Shown: positions 1 through 13,700, numbered from the stretch's first letter. The stretch: DNA of 64,000 bases from Scyliorhinus canicula (GCF_902713615.1 NC_052158.1:38369729-38433728); one strand, 5' to 3'. Notes: a model not told the origin generated them from the sequence alone. A program made the numbers and translations.

Positions 1-284
1 ATGAGCCATTCATCCAGTCTGAACAGACAGGCCAGCTTCTTCCCTCTCCGGTAACTGCCGGTCAGCTAACTCTGCCATCCTGACCTGGTCTGACCTCCAT
101 GGGACTCCAGATCCTTATTCATGTGGTTGACTGTTAAATAGCCCAGGACATCACAGTTTAATGGGAATTTGGGATGGGCAATGTGCCGGCTGACATCCTA
201 TGAATGTTTCTTTTTAAAACACGACACCACTCACTCTTGCCAACTTTCTGTCCATTGACAGTTGCCCGATTTACTGTTGTGTAA

Positions 285-328
285 CTAATGTCCACATATT
301 TGCCATATCAGGCCTGGCTGCAGACTTG
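285..328 (-). CDS. Candidate terminal cytoplasmic exon of the class I gene (unverified)
   Basis: Best-looking minus-strand acceptor downstream of the TM exon (cattaactttttattttgtgcacttggcag). The phase-1 frame reads ASLQPGLIWQICGH* and there is an ATTAAA at 157-162. No homology support. Confidence 0.25.
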
Positions 329-734
329 CTGCCAAGTGCACAAAATAAAAAGTTAATGAAATGTGTTAGAGGGCCGGTGGAAAATCGTCCATTTTCCACT
401 GTGACTAAATAGTGAAATTCCCTCATGCGTCCCCCAATCGGCACTATTTACAGATTTCCCGCTCTCGTTTGATTAATGAACTAGATCGACTGAGTCATTA
501 GCTGGCATGTTGCGTTGACAACCAAGATCAATTTCACATCCTGAATCCGTTAATAAAGAATTTAATCGCAAAATCACTGTACAAAGACCACAAAGATTTC
601 AAAATACCCACTTAAACACGGGGCATTCTTCAGCCCCATCAATTCGTACAGCCATGTTTTCTTCAGGTGAGCAAATATTCCTAATCGCATTGACCCCATT
701 CTCATATTCCTTCAACTACTTTTTCCTTCATCAT

Positions 735-1190
735 CTGTCCAATCTAATCTTAAATCACAGGATCACAGAACTGTTATGACACAGAAAGAGGTCATTTGGC
801 CCATTGTGTCTGTACCGGCTCTCCGAATGAGCATTATGACTTAGTGTCATTGCCCTGCCTTTTCTCCGTACCTCTGCACATTGTTTCTATTCAAATAATC
901 ATCTAATGCCCTATTGAATGCCTTGATTGAACCATTCGCTGTGAAAAAGCTTTTTCTCACATCACATTTTCTGCTTTTGCAAATCAGTTTAAATCTGTGC
1001 CCAGTCGTTCTTTATAATTTTAGGAGCGGAAACAGTTTTCCTCTATCTACTCTGTCCAGCCCCCTCATATTTTGAACATCTCTATTAAATCTCCTCTTTG
1101 CCTTCTTCTCTCGAAGGAAAATCTTCGCAAAGTCTCCAATCTAAGCTCATAACTGATTTTTTTCATTCCTGGAGCACTTCTTTAAATGTT
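735..1190 (-). mobile_element. Degraded CR1 LINE 3' fragment
   Basis: Reverse-strand similarity to the CR1 3' ends elsewhere in the window (for example 48190-49130). Confidence 0.6.
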
Positions 1191-1628
1191 GGCAGAGGCC
1201 CTGGCTGAAGTTCTTTCACTCCTCGTCTCTGTCTAAATAATTTTACCTGTTGTGACTTAAGACAGTGCACACCATTTGGTAGACATTATCTGAGTGAATC
1301 CTGTCTGTCACTTTCCTGAAGCTCAATGTGCCCCTGCCATGGGAAGTTCAACACTGCAAACAGTGTTCTTACTGAGCTCATATTAAGCTGACACGCAGGT
1401 TCATCATTGCTTCTTGACTTTCATATTCTACATTTCTTTGGATGAAACCCAGGATCCCACCAGGAAACAGTTCCATGATGAAATTGCAGTTCTTACTCAA
1501 TTTAAGCCATGAGCTAATTGACTGCTATAACTAATATTCACAAATAAAATATAACCATGGGTCCAGGTGAGAAAATATGTTGTGCAGGGTTGCTGTGCAA
1601 TATTTATTTTTAAATGCCCTCGTCTTAC

Positions 1629-1733
1629 CTCTTTGCCTTCTCCATTTTAGATATATTAGAATAATGATTGCCAATGACACCACTACACCCGCGACAATCA
1701 GCCCCACGTGTTCGTCTTTCTTCGTCTTTCCTT
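1629..1733 (-). CDS. MHC class I connecting peptide/transmembrane exon ([35 protein letters not shown])
   Basis: Acceptor gttgcag|AA, donor AG|GTAAGA, 105 bp, phase 1. A hydrophobic run of about 20 aa is followed by the basic stop-transfer sequence KWRRQR. Confidence 0.85.
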
Positions 1734-4700
1734 CTGCAACATATTGCAAAGAGGGTTTCATTTTAGATTTACAGGTTAGGTGGATTGGCAATGCTAAAAT
1801 TTGTGTCTTAGTATCCAAAGATATGCAGGTTAATTGGGGTTACAGGAATAGGGTGCAGGAGAGGACCTAGATAGGGTGCTCTTTCAGAGGGTCGGTGCAA
1901 ATTCGATGGGCCGAATGGCCTCCTTTTGCTCTGTAGATATTCTATGGACATACAGATACGCATTCCTTTATGACACCTAATGCCATACGTTGATACATGG
2001 TTTAATGTGAATGGTATTCCATCACTATATGGTGCATTGGGTATTATTGTACCTTATTGTATTTGATGGAAGATCAAATTCAAGAGCGGACTATATGGTC
2101 AATGGAAGCGTCCTGGGAAAAATTGATGTACAGAGAGATCTGGGAGTTCAGGTCCATTGTACCCTGAAGGTGGCAACGCAGGTTGATAGGGTGGTCAAGA
2201 AGGCATACAGCATGCTTGCCTTCATGGGACGGGGTATTGAGTACAAGAGTCGGCAGGTCATGTTACAGTTGTATCGGACTTTGGTTAGGCCACATTTGGA
2301 ATACTGTGTGCAGTTCTGGTCGCCACTTTATCAGAAGGATGTGGATGCTTTGGAGAGGGTGCAGAGGAGGTTCACCAGGATGTTGCCTGGTATGGAAGGT
2401 GCTAGCTATGAAGAAAGGTTGAGTAGATTAGGATTGTTTTCGTTGGAAAGACGGAGGTTGAGGGGGGACCTGATTGAGGTATACAAAATTATGAGAGGTA
2501 TGGACAGGGTGGATAGCAACAAGCTTTTTCCAAGAGTGGGGGTGTCAGTTACAAGGGGTCACGATTTCAAGGTGAGAGGGGGAAAGTTTAAGGGAGATGT
2601 GCGTGGAAAGTTTTTACACAGAGGGTGGTGGGTGCCTGGAACGCTTTACCAGCGGAGGTGGTAGAGGCGGGCACGATAGCATCATTTAAGAGGCATCTAG
2701 ACAGGTATATGAACGGGCGGCAACAGAGGGAAGTAGACCTTGGAAAATAGGAGACATGTTTAGATAAAGGATCTGGATCGGCGCAGGCTGGGAGGGCCGA
2801 AGGGCCTGTTCCTGTGCTGTAATTTTCTTTGTTCTTTGTTCTTTATTATTGTATTCAGGAAGTAGGATGGAGGGAAGGGAAAACGGGGACATGTGTGGAG
2901 AAAAAGGGCCAGCAAAAGAGGAAACAAGTCAGAGAGAGGCAGCAAGATGAGTGGAACATTATAGGAAGGATGCGATTGCACTAGAGAGGGTGCAGAGGAG
3001 ATTTGCCAGGACGCTGCCTGGGCTGGACGATTTGGGCTATGAGGAAAGATTGGAAAGGCTGGGACTGTTTACCTTCTATCGGCTAAAGTTTAGAGTGAAA
3101 CTGATAGAGCTGTATGAGATGATGAGGGACATAGATGTGATGGGCAGTAAAGACACTTAGTCCGGGCAGCACGGTGGCACAGTGGTTAGCATTGCTGCCT
3201 ACGGCGCTGAGGACCCGGGTTCGAATCCCGGCCCTGGGTCACTGTCTGTGTGGAGTTTGCACATTCTCCCCGTGCCTGCGTGGGTTTCACCCCCACAACC
3301 CAAAAAGATGTGCAGGTTAGGTGGATTGGCCACGCTAAATTGCCCCTTAATTGGAAAAAAATAATTGGGTACGCTAAATTTATAAAAAAAAAAAGACACT
3401 TAGTCCAATAATAGAGGGGCCAGTAACCAGGGGTTTAGATTTAAGGTAAGCGGTAGAAGGCTGACTTCAGGTGGCAGCCACGGAGTGAGTTGTCTCACAA
3501 TTGATGGCTCCTTTTCGAGGTGGAATTGTTTGGTCCCTTTCACCCGATATAGGGATGTTTGCTGGTGAAAAGTGCATGAACAGTGAGATATAGGATTTCT
3601 CCTCCAGTAGGAGAATCATGGCTTTTCGAACGAGAAGTGTATCAAACAAGAGGCAGCAGTCTGGCCAAGAGGACGTTCGAAGTGCGATAGAGGGAAAGAT
3701 GGCAGAGAGTTATCTTTGCCTGTCCAGTGGTCTACCGAGCAATTGGTGGATTTTTTGATGACAAGTTCCAACAGCAGAGGCAACAGGCTTTGGAGAACCT
3801 GGCTAAGGTGACAGAGCCAATCAGGGTGCCTATTGAGAGAGTGGAGCAAAGTTTGGAGGTGCAGAGTTCGGCATTCCAGAAGGTGGAGGAGTTGGTGGTG
3901 GATCACGAGGTCCCGTTGGCCTCCCCCAGTGGTACGCGTGGCAGCGGACCCGAAGCGGTTGAGGGAGAAGGAGAAGGACTTGGAGAATCGCTCCAGGAGG
4001 CAGAATTTCCAGATTGTGTGGCTGCCTGAAGGGATTGAGGGAATGCAGGCCAGAACATAACATAAGAACTAGGAGCAGGAGTAGGCCATCTGGCCCCTCG
4101 AGCCTGCTCCGCCATTCAATGAGATCATGGCTGATCTTTTGTGGACTCAGCTCCACTTTCCGGCCCGAACACCATAACCCTTAATCCCTTTATTCTTCAA
4201 AAAACTATCTATCTTTACCTTAAAAACATGTAATGAAGGAGCCTCAACTGCTTCACTGGGCAAGGAATTCCATAGATTCACAACCCTTTGGGTGAAGAAG
4301 TTCCTCCTAAACTCAGTTCTAAATCTACTTCCCCTTATTTTGAGGCTATGCCCCTAGTTCTGCTGTCACCCGCCAGTGGAAACAACCTGCCCGCATCTAT
4401 CCTATCTATTCCCTTCATAATTTTAAATGTTTCTATAAGATCCCCCCTCATCCTTCTAAATTCCAACGAGTACAGTCCCAGTCTACTCAACCTCTCCTCA
4501 TAATCCAACCCCTTCAGCTCTGGGATTAACCTAGTGAATCTCCTCTGCACACCCTCCAGCGCCAGTACGTCCTTTCTCAAGTAAGGAGACCAAAACTGAA
4601 CACAATACTCCAGGTGTGGCCGCACTAACACCTTATACAATTGCAACATAACCTCCCTAGTCTTAAACTCCATCCCTCTAGCAATGAAGGACAAAATTCC

Positions 4701-7700
4701 ATTTGCCTTCTTAATCACCTGTTGCACTTGTAAACCAACCTTCTGTGACTCATGCACTAGCACACCCAAGTCTCTCTGAACAGCGGCATGCTTTAATATT
4801 TTATCGTTTAAATAATAATCCCGTTTGCTGTTATTCCTACCAAAATGGATAACCTCACATTTGTCAACATTGTATTCCATCTGCCAGACCCGAGCCCATT
4901 CACTTAACCTATCCAAATCCCTCTGCAGACTTCCAGTATCCTCTGCACTTTTCGCTTTACCACTCATCTTAGTGTCATCTGCAAACTTGGACACATTGCC
5001 CTTGGTCCCCAACTCCAAATCATCAATGTAAATTGTGAACAATTGTGGGCCCAACACGGATCCCTGAGGGACACCACTAGCTACTGATTGCCAACCAGAG
5101 AAACACCCATTTATCCCAACTCTTTGCTTTCTATTAATTAACCACTCCTCTATCCATGCTACTACTTTACCCTTAATGCCATGCATCTTTATCTTATGCA
5201 GCAACCTTTTGTGTGGCACCTTGTCAAAGGCTTTCTGGAAATCCAGATATACCACATCCATCGGCTCCCCGTTATCTACTGCACTGGTAATGTCCTCAAA
5301 AAATTCCACTAAATTAGTTAGGCACGACCTGCCTTTTACGAACCCATGCTGCGTCTGCCCAATGGGACAATTTCTATCCAGATGCCTCGCAATTTCTTCC
5401 TTGATGATAGATTCCAGCATCTTCCCTATTACCGAAGTTAAACTCACTGGCCTATAATTTCCTGCTTTCTGCCTACCTCCTTTTTTAAACAGTGGCGTCA
5501 CGTTTGCTAATTTCCAATCCACCGGGACCACCCCAGAGTCTAGTGAATTTCGGTAAATTATCACTAGTGCATCTGCAATTTCCCTAGCCATCTCTTTTAG
5601 CACTCTGGGATGCATTCCATCAGGGCCAGGAGACTTGTCTACCTTTAGCCCCATTAGCTTGCCCATCACTCCCTCCTTAGTGATAACGTCTCAAGGTCCT
5701 CACCTGTCATAGCCTCATTTCTATCAGTCACTGGCATGTTATTTGTGTCTTCCACTGTGAAGACCGACCCAAAAAACCTGTTCAGTTCCTCAGCCATTTC
5801 CTCATTTCCCATTATTAAAACTCCCTTCTCATCCTCTAAAGGACCAATATTTACCTTAGCCACTCTTTTTTGTCTTATATATTTGTAAAAACTTTTACTG
5901 TCTGTTTTTATATTCTGAGCAAGTTTACTCTCATACTCTATCTTACTCTTCTTTATAGCTTTTTTAGTAGCTTTCTGTTGCCCCCTAAAGATTTCCCAGT
6001 CCTCTAATCTCCCAGCAATCTTTGCCACTTTATATGCTTTTTCCTTCAATTTGATACTCTCCCTTATTTCCTTAGATATCCACGGTCGATTTTCCCTCTT
6101 TCTTCCGTCCTTCCTTTTTGTTGGTATAAAAAGTATGTGACAAATATGTTTGAGAAGTTGGTGGGTGAGGGTGTCTTTGACCATCCTCCTGAGGCAGTTC
6201 AAGGACGAGGCCAAAAGCAGGGGAGCAACCGTGGGTGATGGTGGTCTTGTCTGGACAAAGTGGAGATTCTGCGGTAGGTCAAGGAGATTAGAGGCTGTAA
6301 CTGTGAAGGAAACATGGTGCGTATCTACCAGGACTTGGCTGCGGAGTTCGCCAAGTGGCAGGCTAGGTTCAACAGGGTCAAGGTGGCTTTCAACAAGAAA
6401 GGAATGAATTTCGGGGTATTGTATCCTCCTCATCTTTGGGTCACGCACCAGAATCAGGAATTTTATTTGATGCACCAGAGGAGGCGAGTAAAATTATCAG
6501 ACACCATGGACTGGGAGACTTGAGGACATTGAACTTTGGATCTGCCAGTATGGGGAATGCAGGTGTGTGTGCCACATGGGTTGATGTATATACAGTGTTT
6601 GGGTGTGGATTGGGTAACTGGGTTCAACTGTTTTTGGAGAATTGCAGGTGAGGGGTAGTGGGGGAAAGGGTTAGGCGGTTGCCTCCTGTGGGGGTCACCA
6701 TACTAGCAGGTAGTCTAGTTAATGGGAGTGAAGTGGGGGAATGATCTGTGGAGGGAGTGGGAAGGGTGATGGTGATGGTTAGTTGTCTTTCTCTTTGCTT
6801 ATGGGGGTATTGATCAGGTGGAACATTCAGGGTTTGAATGGGCCAGATACAGAGGTCTCGCATTTTTGCACATTGAAGTAGTTTGAGGGTGGACTTAGTG
6901 TTTCTTCACGTGACGCATTTGAAGGAGGGGGACCAGACGAGATTGAGGAAGGGCTGGGTGGGGCAGGTATTTCATTTGGGGTTGGATATGAAGATGACAG
7001 AATGGCTGTGTTGATCAATAAGAGGGTGGCTTTTGAGGTGGGGGGCTACGGGTATATTTGTGGTGGTGAGTGGAGGTTGGAAGGGATACCCATGGGGCTG
7101 GTGAATGTGTATGCCCTAAATTGGGATGATGCGGAGCTTGAGGTGGGTTTTGGTAAAAATTCCAGACCTGGACAACTCCGGCTGATTATGAGGGCGGGGT
7201 TAATGCGGTGCTAGACCATAGGTTGGACTGGTCATCGACCAAGAAAAGGAGGTGCTTGGGTTTATGGAATGAATGGGAAGGACAGACACATGGCGGTTTG
7301 AGAGGCCGAAGGAGAAGGAATTTTTGTACTTCTCATATGTCCACCAGGTGTACTCCTGGGTGACTTCTCTGTCCTGGAGAAGGCGCTGTTGGTGGGGGAT
7401 TGGATTGGAGTATCTGGCGTTTGTGGTGTCTGACCCTGTGCCGCACTGTGTAGATTTACGAGTCCCCAAAGACCACAGAAGGGGTCAGAAGTGGGGTTAT
7501 TGGCGTATAAGGAGGTTTGCGAAAAGATAAGGGTGGCTAGCCAGAACCATGGAGCAGCACAATATGAGGGATGTTGTGGGAGAGGCTGAAGGCAGTGGTA
7601 AGGAGAGAGTTTATCTCAATCCGGGCTCTCAAGGAGAGGAAAGAGTAGGCTGAGCAATTGAGGCTGGTGGCAGCCATTCTGAGGGTTGACCAGAGGTATG

Positions 7701-10700
7701 TAGCAGTACCTGAGGAGACACTGTTGAAGAAGAGACAGAAGCTGCAGATGGAGATGGGCTCATGTCCACAGGAAAGAAAGTGGTAACTGTGCAAGGCCAG
7801 GGGCAGTATATGAAAATGGGGAGAAAGCCGGCAAGGTGCTTGTGCATCAGCTGAGGAGGCAGGCTGTGGCAGAGGAAATTGGGAGGATGTGAGATGGCGG
7901 GGATACTGTGTTAATGGATCTGGAGGAGGTAAATGGGGTGCTCAAGGCTTTTTACTGGGAATTGTATAGTTCAGAGCCTCTGGTGGAGCATGAGGGTATG
8001 AGACGGTTTTGGATGGACTGGAGTTCCCAAGGATGGTGGAAGTGAAGGTGCAGAGACTGGGGGCCCCGATCGGGCGTAGGAAGGTAAGGCATTGCATAGA
8101 GTTGATGCAGTTGTGGAAGGCCCCAGGTCCAGATGGATTCCTAGCCAAGTTCTGCAAGAAATTTGGGTTGGAACTGAGGCCCGTGCTAGTTGAAATATAT
8201 ACTGAGTTGATGGTGAGGGGAGAGCTCCACCATGCCCGTGTCCCCACACATGTTGTTGCAGCCTTCAATACTGTATCACTCATTTTAAAGAAAGACAATG
8301 ACCCAGAATAGTATGATTCGTATCACCCAATTTCACTTTTGAATGTGGATGCAAAGCTATTGGCGACATGGAGAGACAATATAGTGTACCGGGGGTGATA
8401 CGTGAGGACAAGAAAGATTTTGTGAAGGGACGACAGTTGTCAATGATTTTCCTGAGGTTACTGAATGTAATAATGATGCCCTTGGAGGGATGCAAAGTGT
8501 AATTGATGGTGGTGATGGAGAGGAGATAGTTTTCATTGAGTGGGCATACTTATTCGAGGTGCTGGGGCAGTTTGCGTTTTGACAGGGATTCGTGGACTGG
8601 GTCCGTTGTTGTATTGGGCATCTAAGGCGAGTGTTCGGACTAACAGGTTCAGCTTGGAGTATTTCTTGGTTACACTGGGGGACAAAGACAGGGGTGTCTG
8701 CTCTTCCTGCTGCTCTTTGCCCCAGCAATTGGGCCATTGGGAATGGCACTTAGTGTCTCAAGGGGGTGGAGGGGTTTTGAGCGGGGGGAGGGGGGGGGGC
8801 AGAGCACCTAGTTTCTTTGTACGGGGATGATTTCCTGTTGTGTAGTTCGGACCCGGTCGGGAGCTTTGACAGGACCAAGGAGATTTTGGAGGAGTTTGGT
8901 CTCCTTTCAGGGTATAAGCTCAACATGGGGAAATATTAGATATTCCCAATTAAGGAGCTTGCTGCTTCGGCTGGTAGAGGTGTGGAAAATTTATCCTGGA
9001 ATAAAAGTGGTGTGTAGTTTGGCCCAGCTACATAGGTTGAATTTTGCGCGGTTGGCAGACTTTTAGATGAGGGATATGCTGCCACTGTCATTGGCTGGTC
9101 GGATCCAGACAGTAAAGATGAGATGTTGCTGATGCATTTGTTTGTGTTTCAGAACCTCCTGATCTTTGTGCCCAAGTCATTTTTTAGGAAATTTAATGGG
9201 ACGATTTTGAGGTTCGCGTGGATGGGTAAGGATCGGTCAGCGGGAGGGTGTTCTTGGAGAGGGATATTTGGGGAGAGGGGGTTAGCATTGCCCAATTTGT
9301 AAGACTATTAGTGGGATGCAAACATTGCAATGGTTAGGAAATAGGCAGTGCAGTCGGTGGCACCCCTTCCGTTATCACCAGCCAGGTACTCCATGAGCCC
9401 ATTGGTGTCAGTGTCGAGGGCGAGGAACCAGTGCAGGTAGTTTTTCAAATGGAAGCATTCGTAACATTTACAAATCATACAAAATCATTTAGATATTCAC
9501 TTGCACTGCCACAATTTCCAGGGTTGTCGGCCAATCGCTGGAAAATGGGATTAGTGTAGTTGATCTTTGTTGACTGGAGTGGACAGGATGGGCCAAATGG
9601 CCTCTTTCTGTGCTGTAACGTCCATGAACCTGTCTATGAATCCGTAGGAGGGAGCAGGGGAAGATGGCTAGAAGGGAGGGAGATAGGAAAGGGAAGATTG
9701 AATTGATCAGGAAATATTTCTCTACTCAGTGCTGGGACATGGTCAGCTTAAGTCATCCACAGCTCTGTTCAGTCTGCACAGTATAGTGTCACAGTGGTAG
9801 CACTGTTGCCTCACAGCGTTAAGGAGCCGGGTTCAATTCCAGCCCTGGGTGACTGTGTGGAGTTTGCACATTCTCCCTGTACCTGCGTGGGTTTCCTCCA
9901 TGTGCTCCAGTTTCCTCCCACAGGCCAAGGATGTGAAGATTAGGTGGATTGGCCATGCTAAATTAACCCTTAGTGTCCAAAGATGTGCAGTTTAGGTGAA
10001 TTGACCATGCTATTTGGCCCTTAGTGTACAAGGTGGGCACCTAATGTTACATCACAGAACAAAGCGACTATTAGTATTATGTTGAATGTCAGTACAATAC
10101 AGAACAGCAACTCTGACCCGCCTCCTGCATCTATCAGTGTTAAGTGCATTGGCCATACTAAATTGCTCTTTAGTGTCCAATGGTGTGCAGGTTAGGTAAA
10201 TTGGCCACGCTAAAATTGTTCCATAAGAGTCCAGAGATGTGCAAACCTGCTTGGTGGCTCTGGTTACTTTGGGGACACGGAGGGGTTGGGGTAGGTGCAG
10301 GGAGCTAGTCAGTTTTGTGTTGTTCAACGTTGTACTAAAATAGCCATGATGTGGAGATGCCGGCGTTGGACTGGGGTGAGCACAGTAAGAAGTCTTACAA
10401 CACCAGGTTAAAGTCCAACAGGTTTGTTTCAAACACGAACTCACCTGAAGAAGGAGCCGTGCTCCGAAAGCTCGTGTTTGAAACAAACCTGTTGGACTTT
10501 AACCTGGTGTTGTAAGACTTCTTACTGTACTAAAATAGAACATAATGCTAAAAGTCATTTTCTGCTGTGATGCAACATTAGGTGGCCACCTTATCGCAAT
10601 CTGTCACAATAATGTTATGTTCACTATTTGGTGCAGCAATTATGAAATCGTGACTGCGCTCCCCATTTTTAAGATAGGGTGACAGACATGCGGAAATAAA

Positions 10701-13700
10701 GATAAAAGTGTGGGGGAAGCAGCTCAATGAGCAGCTCTCATGGGCAGCTCTTTAATGAGCCGGTGAATGGCAGTACTTGATGAAAGGGTTGGGGGCCTGG
10801 GAGTGCAGGCATTTTAGCAACTTTCACAAGGAACATTCATCGCGACAGCCTAAAGGCGACCGGAGAACAAGGTTTCCGAGAATCAGAAGATATTCCAGAC
10901 TGTAAATGGGATGCCAGTGCATTTAGAAAGGTGGCGAGGTGGACAAAGTGCTCCATGTGTTAGTCATGGGCCTCGCTGTTGAGGGTACAGTATTATGTTG
11001 TCCAGGAACTTTTCAAAATTGCCTTGCCCAAGAAAGAGTAAGATCAACTCGCAGACATGCCTGACAGTTTGTTTTATTCCATAACCTTATCCAACTGTTC
11101 GTGAATTATCAGGGGTGTTGACTGTTCATGGTTTATGGGAAAAGTTGTTTCATATGGGAAAAGTTGCTTATTTGATGATAAAACTTGTATACCCAAGACA
11201 TAAAGTAATATATCCAACAACAACAACAACAAAGAAACAAGTGAGTCTGGCATATGCTGGACTACAACATTAGGAAATTGCTCTTACCCCAAGGGACAGT
11301 CTTCCCATTCGGCAAGCTGCTGTGCTCAATGTGGCAAGAATACTGCTTCCCGTCATACGGGTCAAATTGGAGGACTGTCGTCAGTTGATAGGTCCCATTT
11401 TCATTGGGCAGCAAGCCAGTCGATCTGGTCTCAGGAACGTGTTCCCCATTCTTCAGCCAGGTCACATCGATGGACTGTGGGTAAAATCCACGCACGGTGC
11501 ACTGGAGACACCAACCTGACCCATCCCTGGCACTGACTGAGACCTCGGGAATAACTGGATGGCATAATGACAGTTAGTTTCACGGTCAACGCAAATCATG
11601 GTTATAAAGCCATGAGGGAAGCATAGCTTTTTGCCGCAAGTTTATCCCAGGCAGCAACGAATCAGCCCAGTTAAAGGGATTCGAGCACGAAAAGGCCTCC
11701 AACAGAATCAGGGCCAATGTATGGAACCATTGCATTCTTTACGACAAGCTTGAAAATAACCTCTACATTGTCCTCAACTTACCTTTCCTGGTGAGGGATG
11801 TGTTTCCAATAGCATAGTACGTCCACCATAGATTCACACAGTCATTTTCTAGCAGGCTCTTGAAATAACGGTTCATCTTTGTTTCTCTATTCCACTTCTC
11901 TTTCATTTCCTGAGCAATTTGTTGATGTGCAGTCCAAACCAATGTGTTTTTATCAAAGCTCAGAACATAAATCCCATCGTAAGCTAACTTCAGAATCCCG
12001 CCGCTAGGTTTGGTACCATTCAGCTCACAGCCAAACAGTCCTTGTACGAAATGGGTACCTGAAATATCAATTTAGTCCATGAAAGTTTTGACATTTACCT
12101 CATCTATTCACAGCAAATTTGAGAATTTCTCTTTGCTTCAACCTCCCATTGAATCCATTCATTGCTGTCGGTAGAATTTAAGCAAAGTGCAGAAAACACA
12201 TCTCAATAAATGGGGAGGTTGAATTTACAGAACAGATCTTACGATCACTGGACCAGACCCCAATAGTGGTTAGGACACTGAACATAAATCCCAAAGTGTA
12301 ATTTTAATTTAGTTAAGATAAAACGGTAAGTCACCAGAGTCCCAGATGACCATAGGCTGCTTGCATCTTTTACAGGGAGAACTGACTGATGGTGATTTAA
12401 CCTGAGGTTCACTACCTCAGGAGAGGGGCAAGCTTCATGAATATCCTTAGGCGGTATGGGAATCGAACCGGCGCTCCTGGCCCTGCTTTACATCATGAAA
12501 CAGCTGTCCAGCCAGCTGAACTAAACTAATCAAAACAGTAGCAAAATAATCCCTCACTGCTGTCTATGTTTCCACTCAAACAACAAAAAAACCATCCTAG
12601 CTCTCAATCCACTTTCAAATACAATTAACATTCAGGAATACCCGCTGTAGAGATATCTGGAGATGCGGGCAGGTTGTTTCCACTGGCAGGTGAAAGCAGA
12701 ACTAGGGGACATAGCCTCAAAATAAGGGGAAGTAGATTTAGGACTGAGTTTAGGAGGAACTTCTTCACCCAAAGGGTTGTGAATCTATGGAATTCCTTGC
12801 CCAGTGAAGCAGTTGAGGCTCCTTCATTACATGTTTTTAAGGTAAAGATAGATAGTTTTTTGAAGAATAAAGGGATTAAGGGTTATGGTGTTCGGGCCGG
12901 AAAGTGGAGCTGAGTCCACAAAAGATCAGCCATGATCTCATTGAATGGCGGAGCAGGCTCGAGGGGCCAGATGGCCTACTCCTGCTCCTAGTTCTTATGT
13001 TCTTATGTTCTACTTCGAGAAACAGATGAAATGAAAAATGAAATGAATGAATGAAGATTTTAAAAATGTAACCATGGAATACCTACTGTGCAGATGGGGA
13101 CATCTCAGCCCATTGAGTCTGCACCGATCCAATGAAAAAGCACCCTACCTCAGCCCATGTCCCTAACCTATTCCAATAACCGTACCTATTTTTTTAAGGT
13201 AATAAGGGAGAATATAGCATGGCCAATCCACCTAAACTGCTCATCTTTGAACTGTGGGGGGAAACTGGAGCACCCGCAGGAAACATACGCAGACAACGGG
13301 AGGATGTAAGACTCCCCACAGGCAGTCATCCAAGACTCAAATCGAACCTGGGTCCCGGGCACTGTGAGGCAGAAGTGCTAACCACTGTGCCATTGTGACA
13401 CTGCTTTAAAGAAAAGACCTGAATCATGTCAGAACCACACTCAAGAGTTAGAAAGGTGGTGCTACAGAGGGGAAGTCAGGCAGGGGGTTTGGGACTTCCG
13501 AACCTGATGGGGTTGATTCCCAATGGGTCAGAATGGAGGAGAGTTTGTGCAGGAGGTCGGGATTGAAGGTGCTAGCAACAGCGCCACTCCTGATGGCCCT
13601 GGGGAAACACTCAGGGAGTCCGGTAACAATAGCTTACTTGAGAATTTGGAGGCAGTTTCGCCAACACTTCGGGTTGGGGGCAGGGTCAAGGGAAATGCCG

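Noticed and set aside
3164-3240. SINE heads as tRNA genes (also 24794, 35050 and others)
   Set aside because: They have A and B boxes but continue into SINE bodies and tails and occur as many diverged copies.
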